The notes: generated by a model from the sequence alone, not told the origin. A DNA stretch of 64,000 bases from an uncultured delta proteobacterium (GCA_963754925.1 CAVWHX010000004.1:32001-96000), one strand, 5' to 3'; counted from the first letter of the stretch, positions 51,146 through 61,775 are shown. Numbers and translations: made by a program.

Positions 51146-51904
51146 TCAGTCCTCTGCGAATACATCCGCCATACTGTAAAAACCCGGCTTCCGCCCTACC
51201 ACAAAACGCACCGCCGCCAGAGCCCCGCGGCAAAAATGCTCGCGCGAAGTAGCGCGGTGGGTGATGATAATCTGCTCGCCGGGACCGAGGAACATCACCT
51301 GGTGCTCGCCCACCACGTCGCCGCCGCGGATAGAGGCAAGCCCGATCTCGCCGTCTTCGCGTTTACCCGATCTGCCGTACACGCGCTGGGTATGCCGGCT
51401 CGTCTCAGCCGCTTCGGCAAGCAACAGCGCGGTTCCGGAGGGAGCGTCGGCCTTGCGGCGGTGGTGTAATTCGAGAATCTCCACGTCGTAGTCTTTGAGC
51501 ATGCGCGCAGCCTGACGCGTCAGTTCAGTTACCCAATACACGCCGCGGCTCATATTCGAGCTGCACACTACCGGGATCGATTTGCCGGCCGCGCGCAACT
51601 GCTGCCGCTGCTCCTCCGAGAAACCGGTGGTTCCGGTCACCACCGGCTTATCTTGTTGTACGGCAAGCTCCAGGTGCGCCAGCACTACATCGGGCGGCCC
51701 GAAATCAAGCAGCACATCGGAAAAAGCGATGGCCAACTCGGCGTTATCGCCCACGGTGACGTTTTCGGCGACGGTAACTCCAAGATCGGGGTGATCCGAT
51801 CGTTCGAGGGCCGCGACCAGACGCAACTCGCTCGATTCGCTGATCAGGTCGGCAAGCATCCGACCCATACGTCCGCGTGCGCCGGATAAACAAACGCCTA
51901 TCAT
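51146..51904 (-). CDS. dapB: 4-hydroxy-tetrahydrodipicolinate reductase
   Basis: GARGRMG, GTTG, ELHHRRKADAPSGTA, RGGDVVGEH. Confidence 0.95.
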   Translation of the reverse strand: MIGVCLSGARGRMGRMLADLISESSELRLVAALERSDHPDLGVTVAENVTVGDNAELAIAFSDVLLDFGPPDVVLAHLELAVQQDKPVVTGTTGFSEEQRQQLRAAGKSIPVVCSSNMSRGVYWVTELTRQAARMLKDYDVEILELHHRRKADAPSGTALLLAEAAETSRHTQRVYGRSGKREDGEIGLASIRGGDVVGEHQVMFLGPGEQIIITHRATSREHFCRGALAAVRFVVGRKPGFYSMADVFAED

Positions 51905-52779
51905 CTATATCCCCTGAGGCCTAGTTCAACCAGAGCCGCTTTGAGCTGCGGCTTCAGGGCTTCAGACAGTTCGGTCAACGGCAACCGAACTTCGCCCGTG
52001 CACAACCCGAGCAGAGCCGCCGCTGCCTTGACCGGAATGGGACTGGATTCGGCAAACAGCGCCTGCGCCAGAGGCAGCACCTTGAGGTGCAGCGCCTGGG
52101 CTGCGCTCAGATCGGAAGCCGTGAACCGATTGTAGATCTCGGCCATGTCCCGAGGCGCGACGTTGCTGACCACCGAGATGCAGCCGTGCCCGCCGATGGC
52201 GAGCAACGGCAGATAGGTAAAATCGTCGCCCGAGAGAATCGCAATGCGCGACGCTGCCGCCCGCACGATATACCCGTCGAGCTTGAGATCGCCGGACGCC
52301 TCCTTCAGGGCCGCCACGTTCGGGATTTGGCACAGCGCCGAGACGCTCTCGGCCGTCAGCGAAACGCCCGTGCGGCCAGGCACGTTGTAGACCGTAACCG
52401 GCAGCCCGACCTCGGCTACCGCGCGAACGTGATCGAGAATGCCCTTTTGAGTGGGCTTGACATAGTAGGGGGTCACGACCAAAACGCCGTCGACCTTCAG
52501 CTCGCGCACGCGCTCGGTCAGCTCGACCGACTGGCGGGTATTGTTGGTGCCGGTACCGGCGATCACCGGGATCCGGCCGCGGGCCTGCTCAACGACCGCC
52601 CGGACCACCTGCAGGCGCTCCTCCCCGGTCAGCGATGAGGCCTCACCGGTGGTTCCGCAGGCCACCAGCCCATGTATGCCGGAGACTATCTGCCATTCGG
52701 TCAATTCGCGCAGGGCCGGCAGATCAAGGTGCCCGTCGCGAAAGGGAGTTATCAGGGCGGTTATGGTTCCGTGGATCAT
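51901..52779 (-). CDS. dapA: 4-hydroxy-tetrahydrodipicolinate synthase
   Basis: TALITPF, GTTGE, PYY.KP, YNVPGRT, KEASG, SGDD. Confidence 0.95.
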   Translation of the reverse strand: MIHGTITALITPFRDGHLDLPALRELTEWQIVSGIHGLVACGTTGEASSLTGEERLQVVRAVVEQARGRIPVIAGTGTNNTRQSVELTERVRELKVDGVLVVTPYYVKPTQKGILDHVRAVAEVGLPVTVYNVPGRTGVSLTAESVSALCQIPNVAALKEASGDLKLDGYIVRAAASRIAILSGDDFTYLPLLAIGGHGCISVVSNVAPRDMAEIYNRFTASDLSAAQALHLKVLPLAQALFAESSPIPVKAAAALLGLCTGEVRLPLTELSEALKPQLKAALVELGLRGYR

Positions 52780-52958
52780 GGCATGCCTTTCTGTGCACCA
52801 TCGTGATGGGAATCTTCAGGTTGCGCCTGCACAGGCTCCGGCGCCGGCGGTCGGGGCGGCGCCTTGACGCCGCACGAGAATAGCCCGAGAGCAATCAGGG
52901 CAACCACCACGATTGCCCTGCGTCGTATTTTTCCATCGCTGAACATAACGTTATTCAT
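52776..52958 (-). CDS. Small lipoprotein (LptM/YifL-like CGxKxP)
   Basis: Hydrophobic stretch + FSCGVKAPPRPP; overlaps the dapA start. Confidence 0.6.
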   Translation of the reverse strand: MNNVMFSDGKIRRRAIVVVALIALGLFSCGVKAPPRPPAPEPVQAQPEDSHHDGAQKGMP

Positions 52959-52962
52959 TTCC

Positions 52963-54771
52963 TTAGAAGAACAACACCAATCTACCCATCACCCGATGGG
53001 CGATACCGGCGATCGTGTCCTGATTTTCTCCCTGTCCACCTTTCTTCATATCATCGCCGAGATCGTTCATACCGGAAAACGGAATCAACAGGCCATAGGA
53101 CACGCCGGCCTGAAAATGGTCGCTCGAGAAGTAAAACACATCCAGGTCGAACTCCAGGCCCAGCGGAAGGCTATTCCCGCGGGTGGTGGTCGTCAACGAC
53201 TCCGAGTAGATAGCTGAAAGCTTGGCCCCTAAACCAAAGGGGAACAGGTACTGCACGCTCGGCTTGAGGTAGTAGGCGTTGGTCACCGCGCCGACAATTT
53301 CGCGCCACAGGATGAGATCGACGTGATAGTCACGATTAAAGATATAATTATTAATGTGTGTTATGGCTGCCTTCTGGGGATTTCCATTGATGGGGTTTGC
53401 AACATATCCATACGGATCGTCAACATCCCCGGTATAGGCAGGCTGCAGGCGACTCAGAAACGGCCCCGACCCGAAGGCAAGTTGATTATCGCCCGAAGCA
53501 ATGCCGGACTCGAATCCCAGCACCAGTTGATCGTTCAACAAGCTGTAATCGGCCTGGAGCACCCCGCCGCTCTGAAGCATATCGAGCCTCTTGTTTTCAT
53601 CGAACGCAGTAGAATCAGCCTGGCCAACGGTGAGCTTGCCGGCCACCAAGACTGCCTCCAACTCGATCCGCAGCTTGTGCCACATGAAACGCACCCAAAG
53701 GTCGGGCATGAACATATTGGCGCCGCGGTACGTGTACGTAACCGCCGGCGTGGCGCCGTTGATGCCCATGGTGGTGGTATCGACATTAGTGGCGTCGTAG
53801 GACTGGTTGCGGTAGGTGAAATAAATGCCGTAGTTGAGCACCCAGCTGCCTTGGGCGAGGGCCTCGCGAATGTCTTCGGGCTTGTCGCGTTTGAAGATGG
53901 AAATGCCACAGGAGTGCACATCATCCAGCTGATCTAAATTAATTTTCTGTGTGCCGTAATCGTTGAAATTGGCGTAGGTTGGCCCCTCGGAGGTAAAATC
54001 AACAAACGGCACAAAGTAATGACCCAGGAACTTGGTGATGAACATGATCCGATCGACGGTCGAGCCGTAGTCGCAATCAAAGCACTGACCTATCGGATCA
54101 AGCCGGTCGGTCGAGGTCACGAGCGGCCCGCGATCGACAAACGCCGGCCCGCCATCGTTGGCCATAATCCCCAAGCCCCATTGCGATCCCATTCGACCGA
54201 AGCGAATTAAACCCAGCGGCGTCTTTACCTCTCCCCAGAGACGCTTGACGGCAATGCTGGCGCTCGGCGGAGACTGACTTTGGCTAAAAAACACGAGATC
54301 ATTATTCTGATCGGGTGTGGAGCCGAGAACCAGATTGTCGAGCATATCAATCTGGCCCATGATGCGGACATCCTCGGAGATGTTGAGGGTGGGCTCAAGT
54401 CGAAAACGCATGTTGCCGGTAAACATCGTGTCGCCCCTGCCGGACGCTGGATGCGGAAACTGAGGGTACGGTTCGCGCAGCGGGGTTCCAAGATCGAGGT
54501 CCTTGTCCATATCGCCGCGCATCCTGAGATAGCCGTGCAGGTCGAGCAGGTTCAACGGCGGTTTGGCGATCGCGCTTTGATCGATTTTAACCTCGGTGAA
54601 ACCTGCCGGCGGCGGCGGCAGTGGCTCCGGCTGGGTTTTATCCGGTGTTGGCGGCGCCGCTGCCCCTTCGGCAGGAGAGGCGTTTTGGGCTTCCTCGGCA
54701 AACAACTGAGTCGGTACCAGTGAAAGAATTAATGAGCCAGCCAAAAGCCAGTTGAACCGGAAAACGCGCAT
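52963..54771 (-). CDS. Outer-membrane beta-barrel, TIGR04551-like
   Basis: HGYLRMR, NMRFRLEPT, QID.LDNLVLGSTP, GRM.SQWGLG, DCDYG, F..DYHVDLILWR. Confidence 0.75.
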   Translation of the reverse strand: MRVFRFNWLLAGSLILSLVPTQLFAEEAQNASPAEGAAAPPTPDKTQPEPLPPPPAGFTEVKIDQSAIAKPPLNLLDLHGYLRMRGDMDKDLDLGTPLREPYPQFPHPASGRGDTMFTGNMRFRLEPTLNISEDVRIMGQIDMLDNLVLGSTPDQNNDLVFFSQSQSPPSASIAVKRLWGEVKTPLGLIRFGRMGSQWGLGIMANDGGPAFVDRGPLVTSTDRLDPIGQCFDCDYGSTVDRIMFITKFLGHYFVPFVDFTSEGPTYANFNDYGTQKINLDQLDDVHSCGISIFKRDKPEDIREALAQGSWVLNYGIYFTYRNQSYDATNVDTTTMGINGATPAVTYTYRGANMFMPDLWVRFMWHKLRIELEAVLVAGKLTVGQADSTAFDENKRLDMLQSGGVLQADYSLLNDQLVLGFESGIASGDNQLAFGSGPFLSRLQPAYTGDVDDPYGYVANPINGNPQKAAITHINNYIFNRDYHVDLILWREIVGAVTNAYYLKPSVQYLFPFGLGAKLSAIYSESLTTTTRGNSLPLGLEFDLDVFYFSSDHFQAGVSYGLLIPFSGMNDLGDDMKKGGQGENQDTIAGIAHRVMGRLVLFF

Positions 54772-54868
54772 AATCCCTCCTTGGTACGCTCAGACCAACT
54801 ATAAAAACTTAATTAATTCAAATTCATGCGTGCGGCTTTACCACAGGGGTCTATAAGGTGTCAATCCT

Positions 54869-55429
54869 TTACAGTTTATTAAGGTCGATCAACCCCTGAA
54901 CCGCTAAATGAGCAAAGGCGACCACCACCAGTGAATGCTGGATCTCTCCCTCCCGGATAAGCCGCGGCACATCCTTAAGCGGCCTTTCCAAGACTTCTAT
55001 ACACTCGTCCTCATCGGGATGCGGTTCGGACAAGAGCCGCGCCGATTGGGCTAGAAACGTAATGGCGCGGTTGGTTTGGATAGCAGGGTTCGGGAAAATC
55101 GTTCCGAGATGCCGCCACCCCGAGGAGTGATACCCGGTTTCTTCGGCGAGCTCGCGCATGGCAGCCTGAATCGGCGTCTCGCCCGGATCGATCATCCCAC
55201 CCGGAATCTCCAGGGTGACTTTTTTTATTCCGGGTCGATACTGACGAATCAACACAACGTTGTCTTCGTCGGTTATCGCAATCACATTGGTCCAGTCGGG
55301 CGCTTCTATCACATCGTACTCACGTTCGCGACCGCCCGAAGGCGCGCGCATCCGATCTTTACGCACCCGAAAGATCCTCGTGGCGTAACGAATTTCTCTC
55401 CCGAGTTCCTCCCACGGTAGAACCTTCAT
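54869..55429 (-). CDS. NUDIX hydrolase (ADP-ribose pyrophosphatase-like)
   Basis: RQYR, EIPGG..D.GE....AA.RELAEETG Nudix box. Confidence 0.9.
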   Translation of the reverse strand: MKVLPWEELGREIRYATRIFRVRKDRMRAPSGGREREYDVIEAPDWTNVIAITDEDNVVLIRQYRPGIKKVTLEIPGGMIDPGETPIQAAMRELAEETGYHSSGWRHLGTIFPNPAIQTNRAITFLAQSARLLSEPHPDEDECIEVLERPLKDVPRLIREGEIQHSLVVVAFAHLAVQGLIDLNKL

Positions 55430-55464
55430 GATTATCCTTCCTATCTTGGCTCGTGTATCGCCGA

Positions 55465-56814
55465 TTAGAAGAATATTAGTGTCAACGCGATAAAGAGTGG
55501 AATCAGTATCAAACCAGAATACAGCATGTACCCAAAGAAGCTCGGCATCTTCAAGCCGCGTTCTTCGGCCATTGCCCTGATCATAAAATTAGGGGCGTTG
55601 CCGATATACGTGTTGGCGCCCATAAAGACCGCCCCCAGGCTAATCGCCCGTAACAGCAATTCGTCTATTCCCGCTACGGTCACCATTGGCGCTCCGTTCT
55701 CGATCCCAATTCCTCGAGCAAGCGCGAAGAACGCCATAAAAGTCGGGGTGTTATCCAAAAATGATGACAGCCCTCCGCTTGCCCAGAAAAAGCCTACCGG
55801 ATCCCGTACTCCCATTTCAGCCCCGCGGGCGTTGAGTATCAATAGCGCGGGAATCATGGTGGCGAATATCCCTAAAAACAACACCGCCACTTCGATGATG
55901 GCGTGAAAGGTAAATTTATTTTCCTCCCGCAGCTTCCGGGGGGTGATTAACCACGAAACAACCGCCAGGAGGATGAGCAGCACCTCACGGGTCGGAAAGG
56001 GCGCGACCGGCTCGTACAAAAAAGCCACGGCCAGCACTACCCCCATCAAGAGCGGCAGATTCTGCAGGCCGCGCATCCGCAGCGGTTCGATCCGGGTGCG
56101 GTCGGCATCAAGCGCGGCGGACGGCTCCCTGGCGTATTGGATCCGATCCCACAGATTATAGATCAAAAGCAACACTCCGGTGCACACAGCCCACTCAGGC
56201 CAGAGCTGAAAGAACCACGAGAACGGAACGCCGGCTAAATAACCCATAAACAGAGGCGGATCGCCGAGCGGGGTGAGGCAGCCGCCGATATTGCCTGCCA
56301 GGAAAATGAAAAAGATCACGGTATGGGTGACTCGGGTGCGCTCACGATTGGTGTCGAGCAACGGACGGATGAGCAGCATGGCTGCCCCGGTCGTTCCCAT
56401 AACCGACGCCAGCAAAGCCCCGGCCAGCATGAACGCCGTGTTCACGTTCGGTGTGGCGCGTAGATCGGCGCTGATGACAATACCACCTGAAATGACAAAA
56501 AGCGCCGTCAGCAGTATCACAAACGATGTATATTCCCGAACGGTTGAGACAACCGGCGCCGGATCCATGGCGGCGATAAAGCCGATTACCGGCAACCCCA
56601 AGAGGAGTGAGATGAATAGTTTGTTACGGTTCGAACTCCAGAAGGTTGGCGCGGCGAGCGGTAGTATTGCAATCGCGAGCAGCATCAAAACAAATGCCGT
56701 CACCGACCAGAGCGGCAAGGTATGACCAAGGCTCGAACCTTCGGCGCACCACGCGTGCGATCCCCATAACAGTATTCCCACGGCGGTCGGTAGCTGAATC
56801 AGCAGCGGCTTCAT
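55465..56814 (-). CDS. Putative Na+/H+ antiporter (ion-transporter superfamily)
   Basis: GTTGAAMLLIRP, NIGGCLTPLGDPPLF.G, SSFLDN.PT, GA.TYIGNAPNF. Confidence 0.85.
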   Translation of the reverse strand: MKPLLIQLPTAVGILLWGSHAWCAEGSSLGHTLPLWSVTAFVLMLLAIAILPLAAPTFWSSNRNKLFISLLLGLPVIGFIAAMDPAPVVSTVREYTSFVILLTALFVISGGIVISADLRATPNVNTAFMLAGALLASVMGTTGAAMLLIRPLLDTNRERTRVTHTVIFFIFLAGNIGGCLTPLGDPPLFMGYLAGVPFSWFFQLWPEWAVCTGVLLLIYNLWDRIQYAREPSAALDADRTRIEPLRMRGLQNLPLLMGVVLAVAFLYEPVAPFPTREVLLILLAVVSWLITPRKLREENKFTFHAIIEVAVLFLGIFATMIPALLILNARGAEMGVRDPVGFFWASGGLSSFLDNTPTFMAFFALARGIGIENGAPMVTVAGIDELLLRAISLGAVFMGANTYIGNAPNFMIRAMAEERGLKMPSFFGYMLYSGLILIPLFIALTLIFF

Positions 56815-56981
56815 CAAATCTCCCGAAGAGCGGACAGCTTGATTGGAGCAAAAAGCTACCACGTCAAGCGCTTTGTGCAAGTGAAACTTCGAGAGTTAAG
56901 ATTGCGCGCCGGGTCCTGTCTGCCTCGCATCCTAGAGACTTGCCTTCTTCTACGCCAAGGGTGTCGCGAAAGTCGAACGAT

Positions 56982-57050
56982 GTCATTCCCGCGGAAGCGG
57001 GAATCCAGATTCTTGCACCACTGCTGGACCCCCGCCTTCGCGGGGGTGAC
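56982..57050. repeat. dRS3-like palindromic repeat, second copy of the 47455-47520 element in inverted orientation
   Basis: GTCATTCCCGCGGAAGCGGGAATCCAG...CTGGACCCCCGCCTTCGCGGGGGTGAC. Confidence 0.85.
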
Positions 57051-57062
57051 TTGAAACGTTGT

Positions 57063-57092
57063 AAGGGGCGGCTTTCAGAAAGCTGCCCCTTT
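57063..57092. terminator. Hairpin downstream of the hsp20 pair
   Basis: AAGGGGCGGCTTT-CAG-AAAGCTGCCCCTT. Confidence 0.5.
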
Positions 57093-57122
57093 GGTGACCG
57101 AACCAACCGTGGGATTGAGGAC

Positions 57123-57527
57123 TTAACTAACTTTGATCTTGCGCGGCTTTGCGGCCTCGGCTTTATGGAGCACGAGCTTGAGAATGCCGTTGTTCAACGA
57201 GGCCTCAATTTTATTTTGATCGATCTGCTCACCCAAGGTAAAACGCCGGGTGAATCCTCCGATGTCGTACTCGTGGTAAATCAAGCGGTGGTTTTTCTCA
57301 ATTGGCCCGACGGTTGCCGTCAACGTCAGCACCCCTTCGCGTACATCGATACTGAGACCTTCCTTTTGTGCACCCGGGATATCAGCGTACAGGGTGATTG
57401 CGTCACCGTCTTCGGTGATATCAACATCGGGAACAAACGTCACGCCTTCCCGCGTCGGCTCACCGCTGGTTTTCTCAATAGCCTTTTTATTGCTTACCTG
57501 CAATTCCTTGTTTTCTTTTTCGGTCAT
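57123..57527 (-). CDS. Hsp20 small heat-shock protein
   Basis: PDVDI.E, ADIPG, F.RRF.L, NGILKL.L.K. Confidence 0.9.
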   Translation of the reverse strand: MTEKENKELQVSNKKAIEKTSGEPTREGVTFVPDVDITEDGDAITLYADIPGAQKEGLSIDVREGVLTLTATVGPIEKNHRLIYHEYDIGGFTRRFTLGEQIDQNKIEASLNNGILKLVLHKAEAAKPRKIKVS

Positions 57528-57556
57528 GGTCCACCTCCTCAGGATTGGTCCAGTCA

Positions 57557-58015
57557 TTAACCTTGACTTCTACCTGACGCGGCTTCGCTTGCTCGGCGCG
57601 TGGCAGTCTGATCTCCAGGATGCCATCCTTCGCGTGGGCCATCACCTTGCTGCTGTCAATTTGATCGGGAAGCGTAAAGGCCCGTCGAAATTCTCCAAAG
57701 TTACGCTCGCGCCGGTGGTAGCTTATGTTTTCGCCTTCGACGTTGGTTTCGGCGCTTGCCTCTAATCGTCAAGGTGTTGTTGGCTACCGAGATGTCGATG
57801 TCTTTGGGGTCCACCCCCGGAAGTTCTGCCCGCACCACGTAGCTTTCATTGTCGTCGTACACATTGATCGGCGGGTAAACCCCGGCACCCGTGCTACTCC
57901 ACGGCGATGAAGTCGACCACGGACGGAAGAGCGTTAGCAAACGATCAAAATCGTGCTGCGACCGATCGAATTGAGAAAATGCGGACTCCTGTCCTAGCCA
58001 ATTGATTAATGCCAT
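57557..58015 (-). CDS. Hsp20 small heat-shock protein (frameshift near 57750; 3' end approximate)
   Basis: YPPINV, AELPGV; continues YHRRER.FG.FRRAF.LP...DGILEI.LP in another frame; AGGAGG RBS. Confidence 0.82.
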
Positions 58016-58169
58016 GGCTTCGCCTCCTAATAGGTTATCTTATATATATTTTCTACCGCACCGCCTTCTCTGAGCAAAATGTAAACATCCCTGGTGGTCT
58101 GTCAAGGGCTAGACGTTGACCGAACGAATTATCCGATTTTTTCGATACGCACGACGGGTGACGTTCCGG

Positions 58170-59534
58170 TCAGGGGTCCATCCGGGTTGCATCCGGCGAT
58201 GCCGTCACCTCAGGAACAACCGCACGGCGGCGGTTTCGGGGGCGCCGTCGCCGATGGTTTTTCTTTCGCGGCGCAGCGGCGATATCATGCGCCGTCTGAC
58301 GCAACCGCCTCAACGTCCGACTGCCTTTTCCCGTGGCCCGCACCCCGATGGCGAAGAGTTCAAGCGCCTCGGGAAAGTAGTGGCGCAGCACCAACGATCG
58401 CGGTAGCGGAGCCCGGCCGGGAAGATTAAAAAGTTTTTTTTGGGCGCCGATTATCTGTTGAATGCGCTCGGCTTCCCACTTGGGCAAATTCAGCCGAGTC
58501 ACCATGGCCTGCACGGTATCCCGGGCGACCTCAGCCAGTGAACAGGAAGAGCCCGTCGAACCATGGATCTCGCGCTTGCACCGGGCGGCGTCCAACACCG
58601 GATGGAACAACAAGCTGGCAAGCATCACCGTGTTGGGATGCGCCTCGTGCGGGGGTTGATCCAAGGCGCGTAAATAGGCGAACAAACCCCCACCCGGATC
58701 GCGCTCCTCGCTGCGTTCCAACACCCGGCTCAGGTAGCTGTTGACCTCGGGCAGAAGCACCGCAAGCGCGCCGACCTGCCAGAGCAGCCGAAAGCTTACC
58801 TCTGCGGCGCCTCCCCGGAGGATGCGATTGATCTCCTCGAGCAGGCGAGGCGGCGCGCTCTTGGAGAGCTCCTTGCCGTACCGGCACATGGCCTCCCAGG
58901 CCAGGTCGTCGATCCTGAAATCCAGAAGGGCGGCAAACTTGACTGCCCGGATGATACGCACGGGGTCTTCACGCACTCGCACGCCGGGGTCACCGATGAA
59001 ACGGATGGTCCGGTGGACCAGATCCTCCAACCCGCCGCAGTAGTCGATCACGATGCGCTCGACGGGGTCGTAAAAGAGCGCGTTGATGGTGAAGTCGCGC
59101 CGCAGCGCATCCTGCTCTTCGGTGCCAAAGACATTGTCCTCGCGAATCAACAGGTCACCCGGTTGATTGTTGTGGTCGTTGCCGCCGGCTCGAAAGGTGG
59201 CCGTCTGGATCACTTTGTTGTTGCGAAAGTGGATGTGCGCCAACCGAAAGCGCCGACCGATCAGCCGACAGTTGCGAAAGACCTTACGAATTTCCTGAGG
59301 CTTGGCCGAGGTAGCAACATCAAAGTCTTTTGGTTTTCGTCGCAGCATTAGATCGCGAACGCAACCGCCCACCAGATAGGCGCTATACCCGAATTGGCGC
59401 AAGCGGTTGACCACCTTCAACGCATCGCCATCGATCTGGTCGGGATGAATGTTCTGGGTGGGAACGATCACCGCAATCGTATCGGTCCGGTTGGCTGTAC
59501 TGTCAGTTGCAGGGGTTGCAAGTCTCTCAACCAT
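58170..59534 (-). CDS. pcnB: Poly(A) polymerase I
   Basis: LVGGCVRDL, PKDFD, LIGRRFRLAH signature, RRDFTINAL, EDPVR; Arg-rich tail. Confidence 0.92.
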   Translation of the reverse strand: MVERLATPATDSTANRTDTIAVIVPTQNIHPDQIDGDALKVVNRLRQFGYSAYLVGGCVRDLMLRRKPKDFDVATSAKPQEIRKVFRNCRLIGRRFRLAHIHFRNNKVIQTATFRAGGNDHNNQPGDLLIREDNVFGTEEQDALRRDFTINALFYDPVERIVIDYCGGLEDLVHRTIRFIGDPGVRVREDPVRIIRAVKFAALLDFRIDDLAWEAMCRYGKELSKSAPPRLLEEINRILRGGAAEVSFRLLWQVGALAVLLPEVNSYLSRVLERSEERDPGGGLFAYLRALDQPPHEAHPNTVMLASLLFHPVLDAARCKREIHGSTGSSCSLAEVARDTVQAMVTRLNLPKWEAERIQQIIGAQKKLFNLPGRAPLPRSLVLRHYFPEALELFAIGVRATGKGSRTLRRLRQTAHDIAAAPRKKNHRRRRPRNRRRAVVPEVTASPDATRMDP

Positions 59535-59658
59535 ACTGGGTGAAAACCATATACCGACTCGCATCGGGTTGCAAGCCACTCTGTATGGTGTACCATACGG
59601 GGCGGTTAACTTTGCTTCCGAACGTTGGAACTAATTATTAACACGAGGAAAGATTGAT

Positions 59659-60150
59659 ATGCGCGCAGTGGTCCAACGAGTAAAAGAGGCTCGCGTCGTG
59701 GTATCAAGCAACCTCGTTGCCGAGATTGGTCGAGGACTGTTGGTTTTCCTCGGCGCGGGAAAGGGAGACACCGAAAAGGACGCGACCTGGATGGTCGAGA
59801 AAATCGTCGGGTTACGTATTTTCCCCGATCAGCAGGATCGCATGAACCTGTCGGTAGCGGACATCGGCGGTCAGCTGTTGGTGGTCAGTCAGTTCACGTT
59901 GTTCGGGGATTGCCGCAAAGGCAAACGGCCGTCGTTTGCCGGCGCGCTCGAACCAGCGCAGGCCGAGCGCCTGTGCGATCTCTTCGTCACGCTGGTCAAA
60001 AATCGGGGGATCGTCTGCGGTAGCGGCATATTCGCCGCCGATATGCAGGTATCTCTTATTAATGATGGACCGGTCACCCTGTTGGTCGACAGCCGGCTGC
60101 CTCGACAGGGCGGGGACGAAGGATTTAGTGCTTCACCGCCCCTACTCTAG
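59659..60150 (+). CDS. dtd: D-aminoacyl-tRNA deacylase
   Basis: MRAVVQRV, SQFTL, RPSF, NDGPVT. Confidence 0.95.
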   Translation: MRAVVQRVKEARVVVSSNLVAEIGRGLLVFLGAGKGDTEKDATWMVEKIVGLRIFPDQQDRMNLSVADIGGQLLVVSQFTLFGDCRKGKRPSFAGALEPAQAERLCDLFVTLVKNRGIVCGSGIFAADMQVSLINDGPVTLLVDSRLPRQGGDEGFSASPPLL

Positions 60151-60489
60151 CTCCGGGTTCCCCCTCAGCCGCTTGGTAGCCGCGCGCCGTTGCTTGGCCT
60201 CGATCCGGCGCTTCTGACTACCGCTGGTGGGTCGGGTTGGTCGGCGCGGTTTGGGTTTTTCACGAAGTCGCGCAAGTCGCATAGCCAAACGCTCAAAGGC
60301 GGCCTCGAGATTCTGGGAGAGCGAGCGCGATCGGGTGGCGGTGACGATGAGCCCGCTCGGCCGATGGTGCAGCCGAACGGCGTTGCGGCTTCGGTTGCGA
60401 TGTTGCCCGCCGGGCCCCGGACCGGTAAAGACGTCCACATCGCATTCCCTGTCGAGGATTGCTCGTTCCCTTTCAGATAACCCAGGCAT
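60142..60489 (-). CDS. arfB: ArfB-like peptidyl-tRNA hydrolase (GGQ)
   Basis: GPGGQH.N, basic tail R.PTRP...KRR..K...K.LR. Confidence 0.75.
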   Translation of the reverse strand: MPGLSERERAILDRECDVDVFTGPGPGGQHRNRSRNAVRLHHRPSGLIVTATRSRSLSQNLEAAFERLAMRLARLREKPKPRRPTRPTSGSQKRRIEAKQRRAATKRLRGNPELE

Positions 60490-60539
60490 TGCAACTCGTT
60501 CGGCTAATTATTACTATGGTATGTTCATCATTGACCAAT

Positions 60540-60866
60540 CTAGGCAGCATGGGCCGTTTTTTCCTTGGCGCGACGAATTCTAAGAATTTTATTGCGGTCG
60601 ACTTTGATTTTTGTTCGCTTCTTCTCGGTTTGCCAAAGATCGTACATCATTTGGTTGTGCAACCAGCTCTCCGGTGTCGTATCAAAAGCGAGAGAAAGTC
60701 TCATCGCCATCTCAGTACTGACACCAGCCCGGCCATTGAGCAATTCTGAAAGCGTCTTCCTCGTGATTCCAAGGATCCGAGCCGCTTCGGTCACGCTCAA
60801 ACCAAGGGGATTCAACCACAGTTCCTTTAGAATCTCACCCGGATGTGCCGGATTGTGCATCCTCAT
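60540..60866 (-). CDS. higA: HigA antitoxin
   Basis: HPGEIL...L, HTH, MA.RL..AF.TTPESWL..Q..YDL. Confidence 0.9.
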   Translation of the reverse strand: MRMHNPAHPGEILKELWLNPLGLSVTEAARILGITRKTLSELLNGRAGVSTEMAMRLSLAFDTTPESWLHNQMMYDLWQTEKKRTKIKVDRNKILRIRRAKEKTAHAA

Positions 60867-60880
60867 TTTTTACCTCGCTC

Positions 60881-61159
60881 CTAGTGGTAATCCACATAAT
60901 CCACATCAATAATGTCTTTTCCTTCAAACTTAAAAACAATCCTCCAATTTCCACTGACCGAGATAGCCCAAAATCCTTCCCTCTTGCCTTTGAGGGGATG
61001 AAGTCTCAACCCGGGAGCGTTCAAGTCTTTTATGTTGTGCGCGGAATCGAGACTGGTCAACAGTATCCTGAGTCGTGCTGCCTGTTCCGGTTTGATCCCG
61101 GTCTTACTCCCATCTGTAAAAAACTTTTCCAAACCCTTGTGTCGGAACTTCTTGATCAC
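60881..61159 (-). CDS. higB: HigB (RelE-family) toxin
   Basis: MIK.F.HKGL..F, LHPLKG, VSGNWRI.F.F, DYH. Confidence 0.9.
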   Translation of the reverse strand: MIKKFRHKGLEKFFTDGSKTGIKPEQAARLRILLTSLDSAHNIKDLNAPGLRLHPLKGKREGFWAISVSGNWRIVFKFEGKDIIDVDYVDYH

Positions 61160-61283
61160 GCCTCAGTGTAACCAGCAACGTTACAGGTGTCAACTTAAAC
61201 CTGTTGTGTTTATTAAAGCAATTGTAGTACTTTCGCCGGTACACATTACGACTATGACGCCTTGGGTAAGAAAGGAGGAACAT

Positions 61284-61775
61284 ATGCGATTATCGACGAA
61301 AGTATTGTTTCTGGCAGGCGCGCTGGGTGCCCTCGCCGTGTGGGCGTTCGGCGCCGAGACTACGCCCGCGGCCCCCACGGGTGTAACCATTCCACCCGGA
61401 TACCGGGATTGGGTGGTTGTCGCCCCTTCGCAACGCGACGACAAGGACGAACTGCGGGTTATCCTCGCCAATCCGATTGCGCTCAAGGCGTTCCGGGCAA
61501 ACACCCTGCCCTTTCCGGACGGGTCGATTCTTGCGAAAATCGCCTGGAAGCGAAAAAAGTCAGAAGAGTTTGCCGACACGTTCATCCCCGGCGAGCAGCA
61601 GCGATTTGAGTTTATAGTTAAGGATCAGAAGAGATGGGCCGCAACCGGCGGTTGGGGATTCGGCCGGTTCATCAACGGCAAGCCCACGGACGCCGAGCAG
61701 CATGCAACCTGCTGGCCGTGCCATAGCGCCAACGTAAAGAACCACGACTGGGTGTTCACGCGCTATGCACCGTAA
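61284..61775 (+). CDS. Cytochrome P460-family protein
   Basis: AGGAGG RBS, signal peptide, P.GYRDW, PFPDG..LAK, TGGWGF, C-terminal CWPCH, D.VF. Confidence 0.85.
   Translation: MRLSTKVLFLAGALGALAVWAFGAETTPAAPTGVTIPPGYRDWVVVAPSQRDDKDELRVILANPIALKAFRANTLPFPDGSILAKIAWKRKKSEEFADTFIPGEQQRFEFIVKDQKRWAATGGWGFGRFINGKPTDAEQHATCWPCHSANVKNHDWVFTRYAP

Noticed and set aside
56646..57560. 304-aa plus-strand ORF containing VIPAEAGIQ...LDPRLRGGD
   Set aside because: Translation of the palindromic repeat plus antisense of hsp20 and the antiporter; spurious.
58016..58110. CIRCE element upstream of the hsp20 pair
   Set aside because: No TTAGCACTC-N9-GAGTGCTAA match; only a TTGACA...TACATT promoter-like pair.
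61284..61775. Evidence for ammonia/hydroxylamine oxidation from cytochrome P460
   Set aside because: The P460/c'-beta family is widespread in non-nitrifiers, the cross-linking Lys could not be confirmed by eye, and there is no amo/hao in the window.
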